Positions 1-10,600 are shown, numbered from the stretch's first letter. The stretch: 64,000 nucleotides of DNA from an uncultured Chloroflexia bacterium (GCA_963788685.1 CAWBHP010000011.1:449350-513349), one strand, 5' to 3'. Notes: generated from the sequence alone by a model not told the origin. Numbers and translations: made by a program.

Positions 1-1
1 G

Positions 2-505
2 GTCTTCGACCTGGCCGCGGCCCAGTACGCCGGCGCATCGATCAGCCTCTTCTCCGTCTTTCTCGGGTGGTTCGCCCTTCGACCGCTGTTCGAGACCTTC
101 GGCCTGACGAGGATCGCGGATCTGGTCGGCTGGCTGCTCATCGGCGCAGTCGTGGTCGGCTACGGCCTGCTGGCGAGTTCCCTCCACCGGAGCGGCTATG
201 CCACGGCTCGACTGACCGTCCTCCTGCCCGTGTTCGCGATTGCCGCGACCCTGGCCTACGGGATCATCGTTGCCGCGCTCGCCCCGTCGGCTCGATCGCC
301 GGAGGCGACGCTCCAGCTCACGATCGTCGCCTTCGCGGCCGGCGTCCCCGCGTACGCGACGATGACCCTCCTCCCGATCGCCGCCACGCGGCCGCGCCTC
401 GCCCCGATCCTCGCCGACCGCTGGCACCTCGCGGTCATCGCCTACGCGGAGGGCGCGATGGTCCTCGTCGGGTTCCTGTTGCTGGCGGTCCTCGGGCTGG
501 CCTGA
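2..505 (+). CDS. Polytopic membrane protein, 5' end outside window
   Basis: The frame of ORF 152..505 stays open back to nt 2 (VFDLAAAQYAGASISLFSVFLGWFALRPLF...). It contains several hydrophobic helices and stops at 503-505. No family motif recognised. Confidence 0.5.
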   Translation, partial: VFDLAAAQYAGASISLFSVFLGWFALRPLFETFGLTRIADLVGWLLIGAVVVGYGLLASSLHRSGYATARLTVLLPVFAIAATLAYGIIVAALAPSARSPEATLQLTIVAFAAGVPAYATMTLLPIAATRPRLAPILADRWHLAVIAYAEGAMVLVGFLLLAVLGLA

Positions 506-511
506 CCGACC

Positions 512-2268
512 CTACGGCTCGACGATCGTCACGTTGTAGAGGATGTCGCTGTCCGGGGCGATCGCGAGGATCGTTGCCGAGTGGCTGCCGTTCGGTTCGG
601 GCTCGATCGCCATCGCGTATGCGGTGCCGTCGACCCCAACGACGACTGACCAGAACTCCGAGCCCCGTCGCGTCAGGGTGACCGGCCAGCCGTCGATCAC
701 GCGGCCATCGGGCCCGATCGCGACCACGCTGCCGCCGCCAGAGTCGCTCGGCCGAGCGTGGACGAGGTGCAGGATGTTGCCCGGGCCGATCGCGGGGGCC
801 GCTCGGAATCCTCCGCAACCCGTGTCGTCGGGCGCGCAGGATCCCGTCTCCTGGAGCCCGAGGTCGGAGTGGTACGGCCAGCCCGCGACCAGTTGGCCGC
901 TCGGGTCGAGTGCGATGACGTCGGTCTGCGCGTTGGCCGAGCTCACGATGAACGCCGTCCCATCCCCGGCCACGATCGGCGCCCCGGGGTAGTCGGCCCC
1001 GGCGCCCCACCATTCGCTCGTCGCCGCGATGTCCAGCTCGCTCGAGCCTGCTGGCACCGCTTTGCCAAGGGCATCGAAGACGAGGGTCTTCGCCGGGGGC
1101 GCGTCTCGGCGAACCAACGGTGACACGGATAGTGCCAGCCGGCGTCGAAAACCGGTATCGAGACGTCGCCGTAGATGGTCGGCGGGAGGAAGCCGTCCGG
1201 CACGCCCGCCAAACTCACCGCGACCAGGTCCATCGTGGCTGGGTCGTTGAAGTGACGAACCGTGCTGTACGCGACACCGTCGGGCCCGATCGCCCAAGCT
1301 TGCACGCAGCATGCGATCGGCACCTCTGCGCCCCTCCGAGCGGTGCCATCCGCGTCGATGACCACAATGAACACAGGCTCGAGGGCGTCGGGCTCGGAGA
1401 CGTCGCCGACGTACGGCTTCACGATTAGCGTCAGGTCGTCCTGGACCATCCGCCCGGTAACGACGTCCTCGATCTCGATCGGCCAGCCGGGCAGAGGTTG
1501 GCCGTTCGAGTCGAAGGCATGGACCCGCGTGATCATGCCGCCCAGTCCTTCCTCGGCTGCGGGTCGGTGGCACAACAGGCGGACCGAACCGCTCGCGACG
1601 GGCAGGAGCTGGTCGCACAGCTCGGAACCCGGCAGGAAGACGGGCCAGCCCGGCGCCGGAGCACCGGTCGCGTCGAGCCGGCCAAGGACGGTGCCAGCGG
1701 TCGCCGGGATCGAGACGTAGAGGTCTCCAGCGGCGCCGGGCACCATCCGGATCAACGTCCCGAGATCCTGCCCGTTGCCACGTACCTGGATGGACCCGAC
1801 GGTCGGCGATCCGGCCGGGCGCTGCGTAGCGTCGGGCGGTTGCGGCGTCGCTCCATCGGGAGGCGACGGCTGCGGGCTCGCCTCGAGCGAAGGGCTCGAC
1901 GGATTGCTGGGACTTGGCGAGACAACGGCGACGATCGGGTCGTTCGAGCGGCGGAGGATCTCCATGCCGGCGAGCAGGAGTCCGGTGCCCAGGACCGCGA
2001 GCAATGCGGCGATGGCAAGGAGACGCACCGGGGGCCCGCTCTTCCGCGGCCGGAGCGCGGCGGCGAGGATCGTCACCGATTGCCCGGACTCCAGGCGCGG
2101 CCCTGGCCCATAGGCGATGGTGGCCGCGTCGTCGCGGAATGCCTCAGCGGTTCGCCGGCAGGAATCGCACTCGGCGAGGTGGCGGTCGAGCTCGGCCCGC
2201 TCCTCCGGATCGAGCTCGAAGTCGATCGCGGCCGCTGCGAGTTCCAGGAAGCGCTCGTGGCTGGTCAT
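512..2268 (-). CDS. Anti-sigma factor (zf-HC2) with TM helix and large extracytoplasmic GWP-repeat domain; one frame break as assembled
   Basis: N-terminus MTSHERFLELAAAAIDFELDPEERAELDRHLAECDSCRRTAEAF carries the H-x3-C-x2-C anti-sigma motif. Its start overlaps the sigma gene stop in ATGA at 2265-2268. TM helix VRLLAIAALLAVLGTGLLLAG is followed by a Pro/Ser linker. ORF 943..2325 joins ORF 512..1618 at the G5 run 1095-1099; one extra G would give ...AETRPPAKTLVFDALGK.... Confidence 0.8.
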
Positions 2269-2822
2269 CGAGCCTCCTCCGCGAAGAGTTCGCGCCGGAC
2301 GCGCACGCGAGCTCGGGCGCGACACAGGAGCGTCCGCGTCGCGGCGGCGGATCGGCCGATCGTCTCGGCGATCTCCTCCCCCGCGAACCCCTCGCCGGAC
2401 AGCAGCAGCGCCAGCCGCGCGTCGGCGCTGAGGCCCTCCAGGACCCGCCCCATCTCGGCCGCGCCCTCGCGGCTCACTACGCCCGCTTCCGGGGACGGCG
2501 CGGTCAGCTCCTGCCGCTCCTGCCGCCCGTAGCGGCCGAACCAGCGACCCGCCGTGGTCTGCCGTCGGGCGCGACTGATGACGAGGTTCGCCGCCACGCG
2601 ATAGAGCCAGGCGCGAACCTCGAGCGGCGCGCGGCCCTCACGGGCCTCCTTCGTCAACCGCAGGTACGTGTCCTGGAGGAGGTCCTCGGCGACGGACGTG
2701 TCGCGAGTCGCGCGCGCCAGGAACGCAAAGACCTCCGCGTGGTGCGCCTCGTAGGCGGACAACGACGAACGCCTCCGCGCCAGTCCCGGCACGCGCGCGG
2801 ACCGGGGATGCGTCGACGTCAT
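2265..2822 (-). CDS. ECF-type RNA polymerase sigma-70 family factor
   Basis: Region 2 (DLLQDTYLRL...AWLYRVAANLVISRARR) and region 4 HTH (GEEIAETIGRSAAATRTLLCRARARVR) are present. Intact 185-aa ORF, translationally coupled to the anti-sigma gene. Confidence 0.9.
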   Translation of the reverse strand: MTSTHPRSARVPGLARRRSSLSAYEAHHAEVFAFLARATRDTSVAEDLLQDTYLRLTKEAREGRAPLEVRAWLYRVAANLVISRARRQTTAGRWFGRYGRQERQELTAPSPEAGVVSREGAAEMGRVLEGLSADARLALLLSGEGFAGEEIAETIGRSAAATRTLLCRARARVRVRRELFAEEAR

Positions 2823-2904
2823 GGATCGCGGTCGGAGGAGGCTCCACGCCGGATGGAACGTTCGACGGCCCCGAATGTTTCACGCGCCGGTAACGATGAC
2901 GCGC

Positions 2905-3534
2905 CTACTCGGCGAACGGAGCCGCGACGATCCGCCGGGGCAGCCCGTACTCGGTCATGTACGTGGCCGCCAGGCAGTCGGGCTTGCGCTCGGCCTCCGC
3001 AGCGATCAGCGCGGTGAACTTGCGCTTGAAGTCGAGCCGGGGAAATCGTTCGAGGACCGCATCCCGGAACCCGGCCTCGAGCTCCTCGTAGCGGCGTCCC
3101 GAGACGTCGCACGACACGCCCGCGTCGAGGAGGAAGGCGATCGATCCCTCATCGGGCGAGACGGCGGGCTGCATGTGGAGGACGATCGCCCGCCTGACGA
3201 TCTCGATCGTGTCCTCGGCTGCGTTGTGCTGCCGAAGGAACGCCGCGGCTGCCTCGGCGCCGTCGACCTCGAAGCAGTCCGAGCCGCGAGCGACATCGGT
3301 CAGGCCGATGTCGTGGAGGACGCTGGCGACCCACAGCGTTCCCGCGTCGAACTCGATCGCATCGCGCCGGCCGAACCAGGCGCCCCAGGCGAAGGCGCGG
3401 AACGAGTGATTGGCCAGGAAGTCCGGCGATGCGCTCAGGTTGAGGCTCGCAGCCGAGGTCGCCACGTCGTCCCGCGGAAGGTCGATCGGCGGGAGCGGTT
3501 CGAGCAGTCGCGCCACGACATCAGTCGAGGTCAC
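2905..3534 (-). CDS. HD-domain metal-dependent phosphohydrolase family protein
   Basis: Intact 209-aa ORF with the HD signature VLHDIGLT. The GTG start overlaps the upstream gene stop (GTGA at 3531-3534). Confidence 0.7.
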   Translation of the reverse strand: MTSTDVVARLLEPLPPIDLPRDDVATSAASLNLSASPDFLANHSFRAFAWGAWFGRRDAIEFDAGTLWVASVLHDIGLTDVARGSDCFEVDGAEAAAAFLRQHNAAEDTIEIVRRAIVLHMQPAVSPDEGSIAFLLDAGVSCDVSGRRYEELEAGFRDAVLERFPRLDFKRKFTALIAAEAERKPDCLAATYMTEYGLPRRIVAAPFAE

Positions 3535-4551
3535 CGGTCCGGCCCGCGCGGGCCACGCCTGAGCGAGCCCGCGTAGCGCGCGGCCAGGAGTGCCACTACG
3601 GCGAGGACCGCCAGTGTCGCCACGAGAACTGATGTTGGGGGTTCCGCCACGGCCGCTGCTTGGTCGTCCGGAGCGGTCGGCTGGGCAGGCGCCTGGCTGG
3701 CTGCCGCCACGGCCATCGCCGCCGCCGACGCGCTCGGTGTCGGGATGAGGGTCGGGCGTGGGCTGGGCGAAGCGCTGGGGCTCGGGCTCGGGCTAGGAGT
3801 CGGCGCCGGGGTTGGATCGGCAACGGCCTTCGCCGGAATCGGCTGGATCGACACGTAGAGCCCGTCCCAGATCATCGGCTTGGGATCGTAGTGCCAGGCC
3901 GTGAAGAAGCCCCGGAACTGGGCCGTCGTCAGCTTCGTGTTCGGTCGCATGTCGTAGCCGTTCTTGCTCTGGAGGCCGTACAGCGGCCCGACCACGCGGA
4001 CGCTGGTCACCTTGAACGAGCTTGTCCGGAGCGGGTCCGCGGTGGCGGTGAACCCGGTCAGCACCCAGCCGTGTCCGCCATGCGCCACCGCGACCGCAAC
4101 CGGCAGGTTCGTCCGGCGCAGGTTGGTGACGGCCGAGGCGAGCGCGAGGTCGAACGACTTGCTGGCCACGAGCCGGTAGCGATCGTCGACGAACTGCCGC
4201 AGCCCCGCGGTCCAGCCCTGCGGGTCGACGCCCGCAGACTCCGGCAGCGAGTACTTGTTGTGGTCGCGCATCCAGTCGAAATAGCGTCGCTGGCCGCTCG
4301 TCGTGTGGTCGCTGGCACCCTCGACGATGTTGCGGATGATCTGGACGTCGGCCGCCGTGCACCAGAGCCACGACTTCTGCGTGGTGAACGTCCCCTCGCG
4401 ATAGAGGTTGACGCCACCGTCCCAGGCCGGCAGCTTCGGCTCGGCGGCAGCGATCGGCGAGGTGCCCAGGGCCGGCCATCCAGCTCGCGCCCAGGCTGAG
4501 CGCGACGATGAGCGCGAGGAGCGGCCCAGGAAGCCGATTCGGGCGGGCCAT
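3531..4551 (-). CDS. Exported papain-fold (peptidase C39-like) putative cysteine peptidase with C-terminal membrane anchor; one frame break
   Basis: Signal peptide MARPNRLPGPLLALIVALSLGA lies in the frame of ORF 3793..4587. After a break near 4465-4490 it joins ...KSWLWCTAADVQIIRNIV... and ORF 3531..4271. The Cys (WCTAA) and His (HGGHGWVLTGF) align with the paralog at 17272..17988. The C-terminus has a Pro/Ser/Ala linker and the anchor VLVATLAVLAVVALLAA. Confidence 0.65.
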
Positions 4552-4631
4552 GCGGTCCATCCTGCCCGGATTTACCAAATCGCGCATCCGTGAGGGCTGG
4601 ATGAGGGCACCTCGAACGCCGCCCGGCCGGG

Positions 4632-6437
4632 TCAGCCCCGCTCGCGACGGATCGGCAGCTTCCGGCCCCTGATCGTCGCCCCGCGCAGCGCGTGGGCTAC
4701 CGCCTCGGCGACCGACGTGCGGACGTCGACGAGGGCGAAGTCATCGGCGATCTGGATCGCACCGACCACGGATCCGGGCACGCCGGCCTCGTTCGTGATC
4801 GCGCCGACGAGGTCACCGGGCCGGATGCCTGCCCGGCGGCCGCCGCCGACGAAGAGTTGGACCCACTCACCGCCTCCCGCCCCGTCGCCGTCTCGGTTGC
4901 CCGGCCGCGATGGACGCTCGGCCGGTGCACGGCCGCCGGGACGCGGGCCTGCGGGTCCGCGGGGCGGAGGACCGGGTCGGCGCTGGATCGGCCCGCCGGC
5001 GCGCCGTGGCGGCGGCCCGGCCTGCTGCAGCGCCGCGGGTGCCAGCTCGACCTCGTCGTCGTCTCGAGCCCCGGCCCCTTCGATCAGGCTCACCGCGGCG
5101 AGGGCGATGTCGACGAGGTCGAACTCCTCGGACAGGGGCTCGACGACACCGCGAAGGCGATCGTGGCCCCCGGCGACGAGCGCCTCCCGGAGGTTGCCCC
5201 GGAGGATCTCCACCCGCCGCTCGCGGAGGTCCGCGACGGTCGGCAGCCGCGCGATCTGGAGCCGGGAATGGGTCGCGGCCTCGATATTCCGCAGGAGCCG
5301 ATGCTCGCGCGGCTCGACGAGGGTGATCGCGACGCCCTCCCGACCCGCCCGGCCGGTCCGCCCGATCCGATGGACGTAGGCATCGGGGTTCGACGGAACG
5401 TCGAAGTTCACGACGTGCGAAACGTGCTCGATGTCCAGGCCGCGCGCCGCCACGTCGGTCGCGACGAGGACGTCGAGGCTGCCGTCCCGGAACCGCCCCA
5501 GCATCCGGTCGCGCCCCTCCTGGGTGAGCCCGCCGTGGAGCGCACCGGCATCGTGTCCGCGGCTGCTCAGCGCTTCAGCCAGGTCGTCGACCTCGCCGCG
5601 GGTTCGGGCGAAGACGAGCGTCGAGGCCGGGTCCTCGACGTCCAGGATGCGGCACAGCGCTGCCAGCTTGTCGACGCGGCGGACGACGTACGCGGTCTGC
5701 CGAACTCGCGGGACGCCGTCGCCCGTCGCCTTCTCGGCGTGGACGGTGATCCGAGCCGGATCCCGGAGGTGGCGCTTGGCGATCCGGGTGATCGTCGGCG
5801 AGATCGTGGCCGAAAAGAGCGCGGTCTGGCGTTCCTTCGGCGTCGCCGAGAGGATCGTTTCGAGATCCTCGGCGAAGCCCATGTCGAGCATCTCGTCGGC
5901 CTCGTCGAGCACGACGACCTGGACCTCGTCGATGCGAAGGCTGCCCCGCTTGAGGTGGTCGACGGCCCGGCCCGGCGTAGCGACGATGATGTCCACGCCG
6001 CGACGCAGGCCGCGCAGCTGTTGGCTGATCGGCTGGCCGCCGTACACGGGCAGCACGCGAGCCTCGAGCTCACGACCGTAGCGATGAAGCGCCTCGGCCA
6101 CCTGCATGGCCAGCTCGCGCGTCGGGACGACGACGAGGGCCGAAGCGCTGCCAGGCCCGGCCCGGCCGATCGCGAGTCGTTGCAGCGTCGGCAGGGCGAA
6201 GGCGGCCGTCTTGCCGGTCCCGGTCGGTGCCTCGGCGAGGAGGTCGCGGCCGGCGAGGAGCAGCGGGATGGCCTCGCGCTGGATCGGCGTGGGCTCCTCG
6301 TAGCCCAGTTCGCCGAGCGTCCCGAGGAGGCGCGGATCCAGGTCGAGCGCCGTGAACCCGTCGGCGGTCGCCGCCTCGCCGGCGGGCGACTCCGGCGCTG
6401 GATCGGGCGGGGTCAGCAGGCTGGGCATCGGGTCCAT
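4632..6437 (-). CDS. deaD: DEAD-box ATP-dependent RNA helicase with C-terminal DbpA-type RNA-binding domain
   Basis: Q motif (GYEEPTPIQ), motif I (APTGTGKTAAF), DEAD (VVLDEADEMLD), SAT and HRIGRTGRAG are present, followed by a Gly/Pro/Arg-rich linker and GDLVGAITNEAGV...IADDFALVDV. Start taken at MDPMPSLL (6437) to avoid overlapping the upstream gene end at 6472. Confidence 0.9.
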   Translation of the reverse strand: MDPMPSLLTPPDPAPESPAGEAATADGFTALDLDPRLLGTLGELGYEEPTPIQREAIPLLLAGRDLLAEAPTGTGKTAAFALPTLQRLAIGRAGPGSASALVVVPTRELAMQVAEALHRYGRELEARVLPVYGGQPISQQLRGLRRGVDIIVATPGRAVDHLKRGSLRIDEVQVVVLDEADEMLDMGFAEDLETILSATPKERQTALFSATISPTITRIAKRHLRDPARITVHAEKATGDGVPRVRQTAYVVRRVDKLAALCRILDVEDPASTLVFARTRGEVDDLAEALSSRGHDAGALHGGLTQEGRDRMLGRFRDGSLDVLVATDVAARGLDIEHVSHVVNFDVPSNPDAYVHRIGRTGRAGREGVAITLVEPREHRLLRNIEAATHSRLQIARLPTVADLRERRVEILRGNLREALVAGGHDRLRGVVEPLSEEFDLVDIALAAVSLIEGAGARDDDEVELAPAALQQAGPPPRRAGGPIQRRPGPPPRGPAGPRPGGRAPAERPSRPGNRDGDGAGGGEWVQLFVGGGRRAGIRPGDLVGAITNEAGVPGSVVGAIQIADDFALVDVRTSVAEAVAHALRGATIRGRKLPIRRERG

Positions 6438-6471
6438 TGTCGCCGACTGCTTGAATGGACGGCCGATGCGG

Positions 6472-7087
6472 TCAGAGACGGAGGCCGACACTCTCGAGCT
6501 CGGCCTGGGCAAGGCGCTTGTACCGACCCCGGATGAAGTCGCCCAGGGGATCCGGCGTGTGCTCCAGGAGCTCGCCGTACGTCAGGCGATGGAGCGCTCG
6601 CGACGCGAGGAGGCGTTCGACGGCGGCGTCCGGGACGTCGCTGCGAGCAACGCGAACCACCCGGTGCGCCGTCCGCAGCTCGAACAGGCGACGGGCCCGC
6701 CAGGGCAGATACCGGCTGAGCCACGGAACGAGGGTCACGCCGAGGACGAGCAGGCCGAGCAGCGCCGCGATGATGAGCAGCGAGCTGCTCCAGTTCGCGC
6801 CCGACGAACACGAACGGCTCGCCAGCCACCCCGAACGCCGAGCGGGTCAGGTCCTGGACCGTCTCGCCGACCAGGGGCAGGCCCTTCAGGGCATCCCCCA
6901 CCGAGAATCCGGCCGCCTGGATGTTCGAACCGCCCTGCCCGATCGCCCGACCGACCTCGGCGAATCCCGCCAGCGTCGAATACAGCCGATAGGCGATGAC
7001 CGCCCAGAGGCTGACCCAGATCCAGGTCGCGACATCGGCCAGCACCTCCCGCGCGCGAGCGGAGGGGACCTCGCTCCAGAACTTCAT
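6472..7087 (-). CDS. Membrane protein of unknown function; one frame break
   Basis: ORF 6413..7087 (MKFWSEVPSARAREVLADVATWIWVSLWAVIAY...GEPFVFVG) joins the frame of ORF 6472..6738 (...NWSSSLLIIAALLGLLVLGVTLVPWLSRYLPWRARR...) near 6785-6800. Two to three hydrophobic helices. Confidence 0.5.
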
Positions 7088-7159
7088 CGCGCCACGCCTC
7101 CAGCGACACTTCGGACGGCCCTCACCGCAGGGACCCTGAGGAAGTGTGGGATGCCGTCA

Positions 7160-7233
7160 GCCCTGGGCGCAATTTTCAGGGCAAATTGAAGCCCCTCGCC
7201 TTCCGGTTGGTCATGTTCCGGGGCGAGGGGCTT
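7160..7233. other. Two adjacent stem-loops in a divergent intergenic region (function unknown)
   Basis: GCCCTG (7160-7165) pairs with CAGGGC (7177-7182). AAGCCCCTCGCC (7189-7200) pairs with GGCGAGGGGCTT (7222-7233), and an inner CCGG/CCGG pairing extends that stem. Neither flanking gene ends here, so this is not an ordinary terminator. Confidence 0.4.
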
Positions 7234-7414
7234 GCAGAACCGATGGAGACACCAACTCCCCGAGAGGGAAGGGGCACTGGGTCGACCCACTGAGCCCTGC
7301 AAGCGGATAATCGCGCTGCGCGCCGTCGGCGCTGTGAGGATGAAATCACGCACTTGACCTGGGCACCCAGAATCGGTCGCTTCCTGGTTGCCACATGGTC
7401 CGAAAAATCAATGT

Positions 7415-7448
7415 GACGAACGACCCGGGGGAGGCCGGATCGTTCGTC
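7415..7448. other. Stem-loop (9-bp stem, 16-nt loop) about 200 nt upstream of the cheBR-kinase start
   Basis: GACGAACGA (7415-7423) pairs with TCGTTCGTC (7440-7448). Confidence 0.35.
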
Positions 7449-7648
7449 AACGGTCAGTGGCGAGGGTCGGCGCGACCGGCCAGGGCGGTCCCAGAGTCGC
7501 CTGGCGGGCGGCCACGCGAGAAGGAGGTCTCGTGGCCCCAGCCCTCGTCGGAGCGAACGTACGGCAGCGTGCAGGCGTGTGCGAGGATGGAAACACGCAC
7601 GTCCGGGTGACGGAGCCCAACACAGGCAGCAGACGCCGTGGTTCTAGA

Positions 7649-10600
7649 ATGAGCGCCGTGCCCACGAAGGCGGCGGACGCACAACTAGTTGTGATCGGCT
7701 CCTCGGCGGGGGGCATCGAGGCCCTGTCCCGCGTCGTCGCCAGCCTGCCGGCGGACTTCCCGGCCCCGATCGTCATCGCCCAGCACCTCGATCCGCGCCG
7801 TCCCAGTCATCTGGGCGAAATCCTCTCCCGCCACGCCACCCTGCCAATCACGGTCGTCGAGGACTCGGCGTCGCTCGAGGACGGTGTGATCTTCGTCGTC
7901 CCGTCCAATCGGCTCGTCGAGATCGTCCGGGGGAAGCTGCACCTGCGGCCGGCGAGGCCCGGCCGGATCGCCCCCTCGGTCGACCTGCTCCTGGAGACGG
8001 CGGCGACAGCCTTCGGTCCCGGCCTGACGGCGGTGATCCTCACCGGTAGCGGCAGCGACGGTTCCGCCGGCGCCTGGCACGTCAAGCAGGCGGGCGGCTC
8101 CGTTGTCATCGAGAACCCGGCGACCGCCATGTTTCCATCGATGCCCCGCTCGATCTCCCCGTCGCTCGTGGACGCGACGGCCGATCTCGACTCGATCGGG
8201 GCGGTCCTGCGCGATCTCCTCACAGCGGACGGTGTGCCGGTCAACGGTCGCGACGGCAAGGAGTTCGCGGCATTGCTCGCGCGCGTCCGCGAGCGCAGCG
8301 GAATCGACTTCAGCACGTACCGGAACGCGACAATCATCCGCCGCCTCCGCGGCCGGATGGGCGCAACCGGCCAGCCGTCGCTGGCCGCCTATGCCGAGCA
8401 CCTCGATCACGATCCGGAGGAATACGCCCGGCTCATCAGCAGCCTGCTGATCAAGGTGACCGAGTTCTTCCGGGATCCGAAGGTGTTCCAGTACCTCCGC
8501 GACGAGGTCCTGCCGGAGCTGATCAGCGAGGCACGGCGGCACGGACGCGAGCTTCGCGTCTGGTCGGCCGGCTGCTCGACCGGCGAGGAGGCCTATTCGC
8601 TGGCCATCACGCTCGCAGAGGCGATGGGCGACGATCCAAAACCCCTGGACGTGCGCGTCTTCGCCACCGACATCGACAGCGCGGCCATTGCCTTCGCCCG
8701 GCGCGGCCTGTACCCGCCGGCAGCGCTGCAGAAGGTGCCGCCTGCGCTCCGGAAGCGCTACTTCGTGAAGTCCGACGGCGGCTACGAGGTCGTCAAGACA
8801 TTGCGGTCGCTGATGATCTTCGGCGAGCACGACCTTGGCGCCAGGGCCCCGTTTCCACGGATCGATCTCGTCCTCTGCCGCAACGTGCTCATCTACTTCA
8901 CGCCGCCGATGCAGCAGGCCGCGCTGGAGACGTTCGGGTTCTCGCTCCGTGCCGACGGACGCCTGGTCCTGGGTCCCTCGGAGACAGTCGCCGCGCTACC
9001 AGCGCCGTACATCGAGGAACAGCCTCGTCTCCGGGTGTATCGCCGCGTCCCCGGCCGGGCTGTGGGCCCGCTCTCGCCGCCGAAGTCGCTCCGAATCCCC
9101 CGCGATCCAGATCTGTCCCTCGACACCGCGATCCGGTCGACGCGCCGCGATATCCGGATGGCGGTGGACTCGACCGAGGCCGCCGAGGCCCTGCTTCTCA
9201 CCCTGGGTCTGGGGCTCGTGGTCGTCGATCGTCGTTACTACATCGCCAGGATCAACGCCGCGGCGAGGCGGATGCTCGGGAATCCATGGCACTGGCGTTC
9301 GGCCAGGACTTCATCCACCTCGCCGAATCCCTTCCGTCCACCGAGGTCCGGGCGGCCATCGATGCGGCGCTGAACGGCAAGGTCATGACCGCGGTCTACC
9401 AGGTCGAGGCGGCCGACATCACGCCCGACGCGGCTCGCCACATCGAGGCGGTCGTTCGACCAAACGTGGGCCAGACCGGCGCTATCGAGGGCGCGGTCCT
9501 CGAACTGAGCGATGTCACCAAGGCGGAACGCGATCGCCTGACATACGCCCGGGCGCTGCATCGCCTCGAACGCGCGGCCTCGGTCAATCGCCGGCTCCTC
9601 CGCGCGAACGAGGAGCTCACCAATCACGTCGCCCAGCTCGCGACGGCCAACCAGGTGATGCTCCAGGCGAGTGAAGAGGCCCAGTCCGGGCGCGAAGAGG
9701 TCGAGACGCTCAACGAGGAGTTCCAGGCAACCAACGAGGAGCTCGAGACGCTCAACGAGGAGCTGACCGCCAGCGTCGAGGAGCTCCGGATCGCCAATGA
9801 CGATCTGGCCGCCCGGACCGAGGAGCTGCGGCTGCAGACGGTGGCGCTCGAGGACCAGAAGCGGCACAGCGAGGAGGAGCACGACCGGCTCCAATCGGTC
9901 CTCACGAGCCTGGGCGACGCGGTTGTCGCCGTCGACCACGCAGGACACACGGTCGCGACGAATCCCGCCTACGACCGGCTGTTCGGTGGCCCGGACGCGG
10001 AGTTTCGACCGGAGGACCTGGCCGGACTGCCATTGCCCAAGGCTGACTGGCCGCAGCAGCGGGCGGCCCGAGGAGAACGGTTCCGGATGGAGTTCGCCGT
10101 GAGCGAACCGGAGGGCGCCCGACGGTGGTTCGAGGCCGTGACCGAGCCGCTCACCGTCGAGGACCGGACGTGGGGTGGCGTCGTGGCGATCCGGGATGTC
10201 TCCGAGCGCACGATGCGCCTGAGCCTCGAGCGGTTGATGGCCGCCGCCGGCCACGAGCTCAAGACACCGACGGCCGCCATCCACAACTATCTCCAGCTCG
10301 TCGACCGCAACCTCACCGACGGCGACGTGGAGGAGGCGGCGACCTACTCTGCGCGCGCACTCGTCCAGACGAGACGCCTGGCGACGCTCATCGAGCGGCT
10401 CCTGGATGTCAGCCGAATCCAGACCGGCCAGCTCGAGCTCCGGTTGGACCGGATCGACGTATCAGCCGTCGTCCGGACCGCCGTCGAGGTCGCCCAGGTG
10501 CTGCCCAGGGCCCCGACCATTCGGGTCAAGGCGCCCCCAACGGGCGTCTTCGTTCGGGCCGACCCGGGCCGGCTCGAGCAGGTGTTCCTGAATCTCCTGG

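Noticed and set aside
4692-6536. Long antisense or alternative-frame ORFs, such as 4692..6536 (+, 614 aa), 58219..60783 (+, 854 aa), 23914..25446 (-, 510 aa), 9238..10284 (-) and 33689..35406
   Set aside because: Their translations are Arg/Ala/Pro/Gly-rich with no motifs. They lie opposite or out of frame to genes with clear family signatures. This is the typical stop-codon-poor artefact of very GC-rich DNA.
7170-7250. c-di-GMP-I (GEMM) riboswitch, suggested by CAGGGCAAA and a downstream ACCGATGG resembling the ends of the Vc2 aptamer
   Set aside because: The internal conserved GGGACGCAAAGCC junction, the GNRA tetraloop/receptor pair and the two-hairpin geometry of GEMM-I are not present. 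Only short end motifs match. This is unsupported without a covariance-model hit.
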